Part shown: in pieces, positions 45,521 to 55,515 of the stretch
Numbering within the stretch: the first letter of the stretch is position 1
Layout of the letters: each line of letters starts with the position of its first letter
Position numbers and translations under genes: made by a program
Source: Bdellovibrionales bacterium
GTDB lineage: Bacteria; Bdellovibrionota; Bdellovibrionia; Bdellovibrionales; UBA1609
Reading direction: 5' to 3'
DNA: 64,000 bases
Assembly (NCBI GenBank): GCA_050250515.1
Contig: JBFWON010000001.1
Span: forward strand, 30,035-94,034
The notes under the pieces: generated by a model
Told to the model about the DNA's origin: nothing
The model's database searches: none
The model's input: the letters and a program-made list of their open reading frames with translations, nothing else

Positions 45521-46642
45521 GTGTTAACGTTTGAACTCATCGAGAAACACGGTGAGCACGAGGAAGTCGTGTTCTGCCATGATAAAGACAGCGGCTTGAA
45601 AGCCATCATTGCCGTGCACAATACAACTTTGGGGCCCGCCTTAGGTGGTACCCGAATGTGGCCCTACAAGAGCGAAGAAGAGGCTCTGGTGGATGTGCTG
45701 CGACTATCAAAGGGAATGACCTACAAAGCTTCGGCTGCGGGTCTGAATCTGGGTGGTGGAAAAGCCGTCATTATCGGTGATCCCAAAAAAGACAAAACCG
45801 AAGCCATGTTCCGTACTTTTGGCGCTTACGTTAATTCGTTAAATGGAAAGTACATCACGGCTGAAGATGTGGGGACTTCGGTTCACGATATGGCCTACGT
45901 TTTTATGGAAACTCCTTATGTGACGGGTATTCCGATTTCCTTTGGTGGATCGGGAGACCCATCACCCTTCACTGCGCACGGCGTGCTGATGGGAATTAAG
46001 GCTTCCGTGAAAGAAAAATTGAAATCGGATTCATTGAAGGGCGTGCGCGTGGCCGTTCAAGGTTTGGGTAATGTGGGCTCGAATTTGGTCGAGTACTTGG
46101 TGAAGGAAGGGGCCGTAGTTACGGTCGCCGACATTGATCAAGAGCGAGTTAAGCAAATGACAGCCAAGTTCGGACTCCAAGCGGTGGATCCGGATGGGGT
46201 TGTGACAAGTGATTGTGACGTTCTGGCGCCTTGCGCCCTGGGAGCGGTTATCAATGACCAGTCGATCACCAAGTTAAAATGTAAAATCGTCGCGGGTGGA
46301 GCCAATAATCAGCTGGCCGAGCATCGACATGGGGATGCCCTGATGGAGCTGGGAATTCTCTACGCTCCAGATTATGTCATCAATGCCGGCGGTCTGATGA
46401 ATGTATTTGTGGAACTTGAGGGCTATTCGCGTGAACGGGCCTTCGAAAAGACGACTCAAGTCTATGACAATTTGATGCAGGTTTTTGGAATTTCTCGAGA
46501 GGAGAAAATCGCGACACACAAAGCGGCGGACCGTTTAGCTGAAAAGCGCATTAAGTCTATCGCAAGCTTACGCCAACATCATCATGGTCGAATGGCGCGA
46601 CCGTTCTCGACTCTTAAAGAAATGACCAGTCGACAGAAATAG
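45521..46642 (+). CDS. ldh: Leucine (Glu/Leu/Phe/Val family) dehydrogenase
   Basis: GPALGGTRMW, GLNLGGGKAVI, GLGNVG Rossmann motif. GTG start. Confidence 0.85.
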   Translation: MLTFELIEKHGEHEEVVFCHDKDSGLKAIIAVHNTTLGPALGGTRMWPYKSEEEALVDVLRLSKGMTYKASAAGLNLGGGKAVIIGDPKKDKTEAMFRTFGAYVNSLNGKYITAEDVGTSVHDMAYVFMETPYVTGIPISFGGSGDPSPFTAHGVLMGIKASVKEKLKSDSLKGVRVAVQGLGNVGSNLVEYLVKEGAVVTVADIDQERVKQMTAKFGLQAVDPDGVVTSDCDVLAPCALGAVINDQSITKLKCKIVAGGANNQLAEHRHGDALMELGILYAPDYVINAGGLMNVFVELEGYSRERAFEKTTQVYDNLMQVFGISREEKIATHKAADRLAEKRIKSIASLRQHHHGRMARPFSTLKEMTSRQK

Positions 46643-46650
46643 GGTGAATT

Positions 46651-47412
46651 ATGAGTAAAAAGCAGCACGAAGAGGCGAAGGCGCCCGACGCGTTTTTGAC
46701 CACCTCTAATCAAGTTTTGAACTGGATTGAAAAACATGCGCTGCCCGTGTTCGGCGCGGTGGGTCTGCTGGCGGTCATCGGAATCGGCTACGTTGGTTAC
46801 GGGTATTGGCAGCGTCAGGTGGAGCAAAAAGCCGCCGAGCACATTTACCAATTTGAATCGGATCTTAAAAAGGCCGAAAAACAGGTTGAGGAAGAGCGAT
46901 CAAAGATCCAGGCGAAGGGCAAAAAAGAACTCGAAGCACCAATCGACTTTGATAAGTCCTATAGCGCCATTGTCGAATCGATCAAACAAGCCATTCGAAA
47001 AGAGTCCGGCACACGGGCTGCGGTGGTGTCAGCGTTAGGCCTTTCCAACTTTCTTCTACAGCAAAAGCAATACGCCAATGCGCTTGAGGTCTTGCAGCTA
47101 CCGACTTTTCATCCCGGCACAGGGGATCTGCTCGGTGCCTTCTTTCGTATGCAATACGGTGCTGTGTTAATTGAAAATGCCAAACCGGACGAAGCGATCA
47201 AGAACTACGCTGAAATCGTCGACTCTAAGAATCTAAAAGCTTTCCATCCGGAGGCTATGTTGAAGATGGGAATCTCCCATGAAATGAAGGGCGATCTGAA
47301 TAAAGCTCGCGAAGTCTATGAAAAGATTGGGCGTGAGTATCCGAATTCTGAGGCCTCCTCGACCGCCAATCAGTATCTTAGACTCATGGAACTAAACTCA
47401 TCCAAAGGATAA
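46651..47412 (+). CDS. YfgM-like TPR membrane protein
   Basis: N-terminal single TM, then TPR-like helices. Directly upstream of bamB, as in E. coli yfgM-bamB. Confidence 0.6.
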   Translation: MSKKQHEEAKAPDAFLTTSNQVLNWIEKHALPVFGAVGLLAVIGIGYVGYGYWQRQVEQKAAEHIYQFESDLKKAEKQVEEERSKIQAKGKKELEAPIDFDKSYSAIVESIKQAIRKESGTRAAVVSALGLSNFLLQQKQYANALEVLQLPTFHPGTGDLLGAFFRMQYGAVLIENAKPDEAIKNYAEIVDSKNLKAFHPEAMLKMGISHEMKGDLNKAREVYEKIGREYPNSEASSTANQYLRLMELNSSKG

Positions 47413-47414
47413 AG

Positions 47415-48545
47415 ATGTTGAAACGCCTAGCCCTCGTCTCGTTGCCGTTTTTGGTCGCTTGTTCGAGCATGTCGTCGACACCCAATCGATTCGTCATAGA
47501 CAAGCGTTGGGTGCGGGACACATTGAAAGAAGAGTACCTTGGTGGGCGGCGCATGCATAGGTTTTCGCCGGTGCTGACTGAGACGATGGTGATCACCGCC
47601 AATTCGATTGACGGCATGGTAGCCTATGACCGTCAGACGGCCCATCGCCGCTGGCGACTCGATATAAAAGATGGCTGTGAGGGTGGAGCTGTTATCTCCG
47701 ATGGCGTGTTGTTCTTTGGAGCTGGTGACGGTCAGTTCTACGCGGTACAGGCCGAATCTGGGACCGTCCTTTGGAGCTACCCTCTCAAGTCCGAGGGACT
47801 TTCTCGACCTTTGGTTAAAGGTCCGGAAGTCTTCGTACTGGGCGGGAACAATGTGGTCCACAGCCTGAATGCGAAGACGGGAAAATTGAATTGGGTTTAC
47901 AACCGACGGGAAGCCACAAATATTTCGATTCGCGGTGGGTCTCGACCTGCTCTTGCAGGCGATTTGCTTTTAGTAGGCTTCTCGGATGGTGCATTGGTCG
48001 CTTTGAAAAAGTCTTCCGGGGCCATTGTCTGGGAGGCGACATTAAATCGTAACAAGCGGTTTAAAGACGTGGACGCCTCACCCGTCGTCGACGGCGATAT
48101 GATCTATGTATCGAGCTATGACGGCGCTTTGTACGCTCTCAATCGCTCGGATGGCCGCGTTATGTGGATGGTGGATGAAGGCGGCTACGACCAGGTCCTC
48201 GTGAAGGGGAAGACTGTTTTTCATTCAAGTTCCACCGGAAAAATCATGGCCATCGATAAGAGCTCTGGCAAAGTGATTTGGAGTCATGACAATCCCAGAG
48301 GAATTGCCACAGCCCCCACTTTGATGAAGGGCGTTCTGATCTTTGGTGAGATGTCTGGCGCCTTAAGATTTTTAGATGCGCGGACAGGCGATTTCTTAGG
48401 GGAGTTTAGCCCTGGGCGGGGAGTGACCTCGACCGCATCGGTTGACTCAAAAACTGGTGATGTTTACTTTATGTCCACAGATGCCAATCTTTTTGCCCTT
48501 AGGGTCAGCTGGCAAAAAATGTTTCATAACTGGGAATGGGAATGA
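47415..48545 (+). CDS. bamB: Outer-membrane assembly lipoprotein BamB (PQQ-like beta-propeller)
   Basis: Lipobox FLVACS. Repeated G.v.A.d...G...W blades. Confidence 0.8.
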   Translation: MLKRLALVSLPFLVACSSMSSTPNRFVIDKRWVRDTLKEEYLGGRRMHRFSPVLTETMVITANSIDGMVAYDRQTAHRRWRLDIKDGCEGGAVISDGVLFFGAGDGQFYAVQAESGTVLWSYPLKSEGLSRPLVKGPEVFVLGGNNVVHSLNAKTGKLNWVYNRREATNISIRGGSRPALAGDLLLVGFSDGALVALKKSSGAIVWEATLNRNKRFKDVDASPVVDGDMIYVSSYDGALYALNRSDGRVMWMVDEGGYDQVLVKGKTVFHSSSTGKIMAIDKSSGKVIWSHDNPRGIATAPTLMKGVLIFGEMSGALRFLDARTGDFLGEFSPGRGVTSTASVDSKTGDVYFMSTDANLFALRVSWQKMFHNWEWE

Positions 48546-48949
48546 AAATCGCTGTTTTTTGGCTCTCGATTTTGATTTTAAGTGTGGCCGCATGTTCCCA
48601 TGGTCATTGTCGGCATAAGAAAGAAGATGCACCCACCGCAATTGTTTCACCGTCCGAAGTGGGAAGCGGGACTGACGCTGGACAGAAGTCGGATGCAATT
48701 GAACAGAAAGTTTTTGTTTATAAATACGATGGAAGTCTTCAGTGTGGCGCTGGAAAAGCGATTGCCTTGGATGTCATGGCCAAAGAATTGGCTGGGATTC
48801 CGATTTATTCTTCTAATAAGAAGCAAGATGGCCTTATGCACATTCAAGTTTGTGGTTCCAATACTGGAATGGCCAATGTTTACGAGATCTCCGCAAAAGA
48901 TTTGAAGAAAGCAGAAAGTAAAGGATTTAAAAAATGGGGGTTCCAATGA
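48542..48949 (+). CDS. Hypothetical lipoprotein
   Basis: MKIAVFWLSILILSVAAC lipobox. ATGA overlap with the bamB stop. Confidence 0.45.
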   Translation: MKIAVFWLSILILSVAACSHGHCRHKKEDAPTAIVSPSEVGSGTDAGQKSDAIEQKVFVYKYDGSLQCGAGKAIALDVMAKELAGIPIYSSNKKQDGLMHIQVCGSNTGMANVYEISAKDLKKAESKGFKKWGFQ

Positions 48950-49470
48950 GTTCTATGACGATTGATCAAATTCACAAGATGATTCGCGATGTACCTGATT
49001 TTCCGAAACCCGGTATTTTATTTAAGGATATCACCCCCGTGTTGGCGGATCCCAAGGCGTTTAAGTCGATGATCCATCATTTGGCAGAGCTGGTTCCTAG
49101 TGGCACGACTCGTTTGGTGTCCATCGAGAGTCGTGGATTTCTTTTAGGAGCTTCCCTCGCGATGGAGATGGGCATAGGGATGGTTTTGGTTCGCAAGCCT
49201 GGAAAACTTCCGTATGCGACGTTGTCACATTCCTATGACTTGGAATACGGCAAGGACACACTTCAGATTCATGTGGATGCCCTGACCTCAGGCGACCAAG
49301 CCTGCATCGTGGACGATGTTTTGGCCACTGGTGGTACGGCTCGCGCCACGGAAATTCTTTGTATGGAAACCGGCGCCAACGTGAATGGTTTGGTGTTTTT
49401 GATGGAACTTGGTTTCCTCAAAGGACGTGACAAGCTCAAAGCTCCGTCACGTAGCTTAATTACTCTTTAG
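48946..49470 (+). CDS. apt: Adenine phosphoribosyltransferase
   Basis: FKDITP and the VDDVLATGGTA PRPP motif. Confidence 0.9.
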   Translation: MSSMTIDQIHKMIRDVPDFPKPGILFKDITPVLADPKAFKSMIHHLAELVPSGTTRLVSIESRGFLLGASLAMEMGIGMVLVRKPGKLPYATLSHSYDLEYGKDTLQIHVDALTSGDQACIVDDVLATGGTARATEILCMETGANVNGLVFLMELGFLKGRDKLKAPSRSLITL

Positions 49471-50353
49471 AATTCGACGCGGACTTAGAATCCGATTTGC
49501 GACTAACGGGCTTCTTAACTTTGGGTTGAAGCCTTCCGGCTTGAATAGCGATTGTTCCTGCGATGTCTTGCAGGCGATCAAATTCTTCTAACTTCTTTAG
49601 GTCCTCATTGCCTTTGAGCTCAATGGTCAGCACGGGAATTTTGCGGTCCACCCACATATAGCGACCAAGACTTCCTGGAAAATTACCGAGCGATATCCAG
49701 GGAAGTGGTCTAAAGGACGGTGGTGAGCGCATCTTGGGACCATCCAAATCAAGAACGCCCAAAGGGGTGTGCACGGAAATCAAAAAATCCGGTTTAAAGT
49801 CTTCGAAGTGACTGACTAAACATTGAGTCTCGATTTCACTGGCGGGCCCAGTCCCGGGATTACGGCGCGGGTCCAATTTTCCGTTCTTTTTCCAATAATC
49901 GAGCGCTGACTTTTCCCAGTCTTTGGTCGGAAAATTTCGATTGAGATCCACGCCATTGGCGTTCATTCTGGTTTTCAGCTTCCACCCATCAGGATTGGCT
50001 ATGGGAACCACGCGCCAAGAATTTCTTGGATCAATTTTTTCCAGGCGAGTCATCCAGGCTCGTCCCATGACTCCGGCCATGGTTTCATCCCCGTGAATGA
50101 GAGACTTTACAAAAATCCGTTTTGGATTCTTCGAGACACCCGCTCGATCATAATGAAATATGGGAAGACCTTTCATGCTTTGGCAATTGGGGAGCTGCTT
50201 CACCTTCGCACAAGCTTTGGCTAGATCCTCAGCAGAATCCAGCATGGGAAGTTCTTTTAAAGAGGTCTCACAAAATTCAGCGAGCGTCGGATGGTCAGTA
50301 ATAGATTCACTCTGACCAAAGGCCAAGCTCATAAGCAGTAGGACGGCGCGCAT
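49460..50353 (-). CDS. M14 family zinc carboxypeptidase, secreted
   Basis: IHGDE (HxxE), NPDGW, DLNRNFP, and a later VHT His. Confidence 0.75.
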   Translation of the reverse strand: MRAVLLLMSLAFGQSESITDHPTLAEFCETSLKELPMLDSAEDLAKACAKVKQLPNCQSMKGLPIFHYDRAGVSKNPKRIFVKSLIHGDETMAGVMGRAWMTRLEKIDPRNSWRVVPIANPDGWKLKTRMNANGVDLNRNFPTKDWEKSALDYWKKNGKLDPRRNPGTGPASEIETQCLVSHFEDFKPDFLISVHTPLGVLDLDGPKMRSPPSFRPLPWISLGNFPGSLGRYMWVDRKIPVLTIELKGNEDLKKLEEFDRLQDIAGTIAIQAGRLQPKVKKPVSRKSDSKSASNSKE

Positions 50354-50393
50354 GGTTGAAGTTTAGGCGGCATTGGCAAGTTCGTCAAAGATT

Positions 50394-51989
50394 TCAATTT
50401 CTCGGGCAACTGAGGCTAGAAAGAGAGATGGATCCTGATCCAGATCCTGTAGCGGGATACTCCCGATGAACAAGGTCCGCCAAAGCCTTTAAATTCAAAC
50501 GATTTCCACTCTTGAAGAAAGGAGAAAGCTGCGACGACTTTTCAGCACTGGCCAGAATCAATCGTTCGACCTCGGCTGGAGTAGGGGGTTGGCCATAGGC
50601 ATTTTGAATGAGTCCAATGACAAGTCCGGCAGCGGCGCTGACCAGCGGTCCCGCCTGTGAAGTTCCTGCCAGGCGACCATAAGTAGATCCAGGTAACGTG
50701 GAATAAAGTCCAGTTGTGCCAGTCTCGGCCCCGGGTGCGGCAATTTCACCGTATGTTGTAGAGAAGTGACTAAAAAAGCTTTTTTCGCCGGTTTGGATGT
50801 CATAGGAACCCACGCCAAGTACACCCTCTCGAGTGGAATACATCGCGGGAATCGAAGTGAAGGTGACTCCATCGATATTTTTTCCTAAGGCCCCGCTGGC
50901 CGCATTGCCAGTCACGGTGACAACCGTAACACCACTATTGACCGCCCTGGTGACCGCATTCATCTCAGCCCCGTCGACTTGATTGCCACTCTGATCGTAT
51001 TGTGGATAGGACTCGTTTTTCAAGTCACCTAAACTCAGGTTGATAACCTGTGCTCCGTTTAAGTAGGCAAACTCAATAGCGTTAGCCAGGTCTTGAGATG
51101 TGGTTGTTAGCGAACCATCGGTCTGCCTTCGAAAAAGTTTGATGGTCATAATCTGGGCACGAAACGGCATGGCGCCTTGGGTCCCTACGCCGTTGTCTGA
51201 AGTGGCACCAATCAGACCCGCCACGTGAGTGCCGTGCCCGATACCCGACACGTCGAGCGGGTTGTAGCTCACCTGTGAGGTCCCAACAGTCGTGATATCA
51301 ATTCCAAATCCCGCTTGATGGCGCCATAGGGCTCCGGTTAGGTCCGGATGACTCGCATCCGTTCCTGTGTCGACTACTGCGATGACGACGGCCTTACTTG
51401 TTCTTCGATCCATTGCACCTGAGGAATCGTAAAAGAGGGGGTAAGCTTCTTCTGCATGTATAGAGGCCAGATGTGACTGATAGAAGGCCTGGGGATCATT
51501 GTAGGTTTGCAACGTGAAGGTTCGGTTTTTGGACAACCCCACAACGCATGGATCCGCTTCGGCGATCCTCTCGAGTTCCGATTGGGAGATATCTTTCTCA
51601 GGCGACCAGCTATAAGACTGCTGCTCTAGGCCAGCCAAGACGGTCTCTTGGGCAATTGACGAAGTGAGGTCTCCGCCCCGATTTTCCAATAAACACTGAT
51701 TATTGACCACCAACACAAGAGGAGTGCCGGCCTCGATGATCGTCGCTGTGGGCTTACTCGCCCCCGTGGATCCAAGCGCCCCAGCAATCCTTACCTTTTG
51801 GTCAGCAAACGGCGATCGCATCTCCTCATAGGGCACCACTTTTCCTTTTTGGTAGCCCGCCTTACAAGAGGCACTGTAGGACCGAAATCCTTTACTTGAA
51901 ATCAGTCCAGCCTGACAGGAATTGAAAAAGAACGGCATCGAAAAGAGGACCAGAAACAGAATAAATATAGGATTCGGGGGACGAAACAT
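50394..51989 (-). CDS. S8 subtilisin-family serine peptidase, secreted
   Basis: VVDTGTD, GHGTHVAG, GTSQAGP triad motifs. Confidence 0.85.
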   Translation of the reverse strand: MFRPPNPIFILFLVLFSMPFFFNSCQAGLISSKGFRSYSASCKAGYQKGKVVPYEEMRSPFADQKVRIAGALGSTGASKPTATIIEAGTPLVLVVNNQCLLENRGGDLTSSIAQETVLAGLEQQSYSWSPEKDISQSELERIAEADPCVVGLSKNRTFTLQTYNDPQAFYQSHLASIHAEEAYPLFYDSSGAMDRRTSKAVVIAVVDTGTDASHPDLTGALWRHQAGFGIDITTVGTSQVSYNPLDVSGIGHGTHVAGLIGATSDNGVGTQGAMPFRAQIMTIKLFRRQTDGSLTTTSQDLANAIEFAYLNGAQVINLSLGDLKNESYPQYDQSGNQVDGAEMNAVTRAVNSGVTVVTVTGNAASGALGKNIDGVTFTSIPAMYSTREGVLGVGSYDIQTGEKSFFSHFSTTYGEIAAPGAETGTTGLYSTLPGSTYGRLAGTSQAGPLVSAAAGLVIGLIQNAYGQPPTPAEVERLILASAEKSSQLSPFFKSGNRLNLKALADLVHREYPATGSGSGSISLSSLSCPRN

Positions 51990-52036
51990 CCTACCTCCAG
52001 ACTAACACAAGTCGGGCGGGGTGGCCTGGGTCCGTC

Positions 52037-54133
52037 TCATTTTGAGGCACCCTGGGCGATTTTCGCTTTGCGAGCAATCTCAAGATCCTCACGGAGTCGA
52101 CTTTCGGAAATGGTTTCAATAAAAACCCCTAAGTCGATGTGCTCCACCAGGATCTCCCAGAAGGAGTCTGCCGAAATCTTGAAAAGGGCACTGGGCTCGC
52201 GAGTAAGGATGGTGGCGGTCCGCGGGATATTGGCAATCAGAGCGATTTCTCCAAAAAAGGAACCGGATCTCAAGGTTTTGACAAGATTGTCCTGTACACA
52301 CACATCGACTCGGCCGCGTAGAATAAGATAGAGACTATCCCCGCGGTCGCCCTGAGCAAAAATGATTTGGTTTCGATCATAAAATTCGAGGGTCCCTCGA
52401 CTCGTTAAGAACTCCACCGATTCTGGCGTCAAACTTCGAAACACGGGAGAGGAAGAGAAAAACTGATTCACCATAATGGCCGATCTAAAGTCGTCGAGCT
52501 GACGAACAGTCCCAGCATCTTGCGCGATTTTGCGCACCGATTGAATGGGAACCCGAAGCACGACGACCCCCGTCTTGGCCACAATGTTGGCGCCCCGAGG
52601 AGATCCCTCGAGTAAAGCGGCCTCTCCAAAGATAGAGACCGGCCCTTGCTCGGAAATCCATTCTTCCAAACTTCCGGTGGCCGACCTGGTGATCTCGATC
52701 ATTCCTTCAAGAAGAACAAAAATGTCCGGGGAGACATCTCCTTGCGCAATGATGGTGGACTTGGCCCTAAAGGACTGGACAGTTGAATGGGCCAAAAGAT
52801 CATCTAAATATTGTTCATGAAAGTGCGAGAATAACGGAAGTCCTTCGATTCGTTTAATCAGTTCGGACCTCGGCCACTCACGCTCAGGATTTCTTGCCAG
52901 GTTTTTATAGCGAGACCGGACACGATTCCATCGAGGTTCAACCAAGGGGAATAAGACCTTTTCCACCATAGCCTGGACGACTAAGAAAAGTCCCATAAGC
53001 CAAATACAGAGTCCAACTGCCGCCACCCAGCTACTGGCCTCCCAATTCGCGAGCCGGTAGAGAAGATCAGGACCGAATTGAATGCTCGCCTCATGAAGGA
53101 CCGTTAGGGCCATCATGAGCCACAAACCACCCCAAATCGAAGCTATGGTCGCAAAATCTTGATCATTTTGTCGAAGCCCCGGGCTGAAGGTGTTGATTAA
53201 ACTGCTTTTGTCAAAGTGCCAGAAATAGACCTCTTCATCGCGTGGAGAAATAAGGGCTCGGATAAGGGCTCGGATAAGGGCTCGGATAAGGGCTCGGACT
53301 TCGCTCTCAACAAAAGGGTTCAGCTCCCATGCCGAAATGGCAATTGCCATAAGAACAAGAGGGCTTAAAGTAGCTGGGTCCATAAAGGCGTGAGCCGTGA
53401 AGACCACCGCCCAAGGAGTGAGGATTTGGCTGATTTGAAACATAACTGTATATAGCCGATTTTCAAACAACCCATTCGATTCATCCCCCACATGAAAATG
53501 AATGCCCCAAACGCTAAGGCGAAGTGAAACGTTATAAGCCTTTCCAGTTAGTAAGAGCAGTTGCAGCCCTGCCAGGATATACCGAAGGGTTTGAACCACC
53601 GATCCGAGGAAGAAGTAGGTCAGGAAGAATTCTAACATACTTCGTTCAGACGCCCATTCATGCAGCACCTTGATCGGCGCGGTGGGGTAGTATTGCAATC
53701 CAAACATGGATAAAATAAGTAAGCCCAAAGTGGTCGCATAGAACAAGAACGGAGAGTTCGAATCGGCCACAATCCGTTGCCCAAATCGCCAAGATAAGTG
53801 CCACCGGCTGGTTCGGGGAGTGACCCAAGATTCTAGATTGGCACTGAGTTGAAGCTCCTCGGCGTTTTCTAGAAATCCTCCCTGATGAAGAGAATGGATT
53901 GTCGCCAAAATCCATTTGAAGGGAACTGCTCCTGTCTTACGATAGATTTTCTCGACTATTTGCCGAACGGTGAACTGACCGCTGCACAGGAGAATGAGAT
54001 CGGCGAGCGCCATCGGAAGAACAATCTGGTTGTAGGGATTGTCCGTCTCGAAGATGATTCGTGATCCCTGCGGAATCACCCGTCCAGCCCTTAGTTTTGG
54101 TTTATAATTCTCGAGATTGGCGGTCATTTGCAC
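52037..54133 (-). CDS. Polytopic membrane protein with PqqD/RRE-like N-domain and two C-terminal cyclic-nucleotide-binding domains
   Basis: N-terminus LADLILLCSGQFTVRQIVEKI...FLEN (PqqD-like). At least six TM helices with no HExxH. FGEAALLEGSPRGANIVA and FGEIALIANIPRTATILT. Confidence 0.75.
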   Translation of the reverse strand: MQMTANLENYKPKLRAGRVIPQGSRIIFETDNPYNQIVLPMALADLILLCSGQFTVRQIVEKIYRKTGAVPFKWILATIHSLHQGGFLENAEELQLSANLESWVTPRTSRWHLSWRFGQRIVADSNSPFLFYATTLGLLILSMFGLQYYPTAPIKVLHEWASERSMLEFFLTYFFLGSVVQTLRYILAGLQLLLLTGKAYNVSLRLSVWGIHFHVGDESNGLFENRLYTVMFQISQILTPWAVVFTAHAFMDPATLSPLVLMAIAISAWELNPFVESEVRALIRALIRALIRALISPRDEEVYFWHFDKSSLINTFSPGLRQNDQDFATIASIWGGLWLMMALTVLHEASIQFGPDLLYRLANWEASSWVAAVGLCIWLMGLFLVVQAMVEKVLFPLVEPRWNRVRSRYKNLARNPEREWPRSELIKRIEGLPLFSHFHEQYLDDLLAHSTVQSFRAKSTIIAQGDVSPDIFVLLEGMIEITRSATGSLEEWISEQGPVSIFGEAALLEGSPRGANIVAKTGVVVLRVPIQSVRKIAQDAGTVRQLDDFRSAIMVNQFFSSSPVFRSLTPESVEFLTSRGTLEFYDRNQIIFAQGDRGDSLYLILRGRVDVCVQDNLVKTLRSGSFFGEIALIANIPRTATILTREPSALFKISADSFWEILVEHIDLGVFIETISESRLREDLEIARKAKIAQGASK
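53249..53298. repeat. In-frame 12-bp tandem repeat (about 4 copies) inside the CDS
   Basis: AATAAGGGCTCG, then three copies of GATAAGGGCTCG. Encodes (RALI)4 on the minus strand. Confidence 0.9.
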
Positions 54134-54828
54134 TCCTCCGCCAAACTGAGAAGCAGTTGGCTCTGAAGCTCTGTGACCTTAAGACTTGGACGCTGAATAT
54201 TTGCCAGGTAGATCAGGACTTTTTCGGTCTCGACTGTGGACAGGGGTTTTCCGCGGTGGTCGACCGGCCAAGATTCTTGCTGAAAAGTAACAAGGTCACC
54301 ACTTCGAGACAGATCCGCAACGTGCAAAACGTCACGAAAGAACACCAAAGAATCACCCGTAAGGGAGGTCCATATTTCTTCCGCTTTCACATCTAGGCGA
54401 TGAGATTCAGTCATGGACGGTCGAAGGGATTGTGCATCCACACCCGGAAGAATGGCCTGCTGTATGAGTTCAGCCATTTCCTTAGGCAGGTCTAAGAACT
54501 GAATGTGTCTGCGATTCTCAACTCGCGATACCACTCGGGAGCGAACAGGCGTTTCACCATGCGGCCAAACAAGGCGCAGATCAATTTCTTGCCCAGCCCC
54601 TGGACCTAGTCGGCCTTCACGATCCAAGAGACAGCATCCGCCCCGCGAAAGATCGGCCACGGACAGGGGGACGCCAGAATAAAAAATGCGCGGCAAAATC
54701 GAAAGTTTTTGGGTGGGGTAGCGCACGCGAATACTCTGTCGCCGCTCAATCCCGAGCTGGCTGGCGTACTTCAGCACCATTGAGATGGAGGTGTCATCCG
54801 GTTGATTTTTCCGCTTACGCCAAAACAT
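54124..54828 (-). CDS. PilZ-domain protein
   Basis: RRQSIR (RxxxR) and DLSRGG (DxSxxG). Overlaps the downstream gene by 10 nt. Confidence 0.65.
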   Translation of the reverse strand: MFWRKRKNQPDDTSISMVLKYASQLGIERRQSIRVRYPTQKLSILPRIFYSGVPLSVADLSRGGCCLLDREGRLGPGAGQEIDLRLVWPHGETPVRSRVVSRVENRRHIQFLDLPKEMAELIQQAILPGVDAQSLRPSMTESHRLDVKAEEIWTSLTGDSLVFFRDVLHVADLSRSGDLVTFQQESWPVDHRGKPLSTVETEKVLIYLANIQRPSLKVTELQSQLLLSLAEECK

Positions 54829-54831
54829 AAA

Positions 54832-55434
54832 TCACCAATTCACCAGCCAACGGCGGATTAGGTCCCAAGATTCGGCCTCTAGAATCTTGAGTTGAATCGA
54901 ATTCACTCGCTCACAGCGAATTTTCGATACCTGTTCATTGTGGGCCAAGTGCGCCCTAAAAATCGGGGGGACCCAGTCGGGAAGGTCTTCAGCCAAAGAG
55001 AGACCATTCATAGAGAGATCCACGGTCTCACAGGAAAAGGCGTTCTCTCCGATTTGAATCGCAAACTCCAGCTGACGGTTGTAACGTCGGGCCGAACGGC
55101 GCTCTTTCACAGTTTGTTTCTCAACCATTAGGGTGGGCGCGGACTCCATCTCGAGCGGCGGATCTTCAAAAAGCGGCCGTCTCGCGGATTTGGCCTCGCC
55201 GGCCGCAGGCCGCATGACCGTGGCTTCGCCTTTGATCGCCTGTACGTCGTCACAAAATTCGGCGATATCACGGAGGCTTCTCCAGTGGATTTCACCCGAT
55301 CGACAGGCCACCCAATCCTTCATTTTACGGGTTGGGATGGCCAACAAAATGATCTTCACCTGCGCTGTGCGCAAATCATCAATTCGAAGGCGTTCCACTT
55401 TGTTGAACAAGCTCCAAGTTCCCTTCATCACCAT
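54832..55434 (-). CDS. PilZ-domain protein (C-terminal PilZ)
   Basis: RRSARR and DLSMNG motifs. The track TTG start (55548) overlaps the rlmE 5' end by 33 nt. ATG at 55434 or 55428 is preferred but uncertain. Confidence 0.55.
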   Translation of the reverse strand: MVMKGTWSLFNKVERLRIDDLRTAQVKIILLAIPTRKMKDWVACRSGEIHWRSLRDIAEFCDDVQAIKGEATVMRPAAGEAKSARRPLFEDPPLEMESAPTLMVEKQTVKERRSARRYNRQLEFAIQIGENAFSCETVDLSMNGLSLAEDLPDWVPPIFRAHLAHNEQVSKIRCERVNSIQLKILEAESWDLIRRWLVNW

Positions 55435-55515
55435 GTCTTTTCGGAATATAATGACAGCCGCTTCACCCTCTAATACTGATATAGACCTTGGTCGCACCCA
55501 TAGAGAAAGAACGAT

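Noticed and set aside
53249-53298. Whether the 12-bp repeat could be a miniature CRISPR or other interspaced array.
   Set aside because: The units are directly tandem with no spacers and lie in frame inside a CDS. No cas genes are present in the window.
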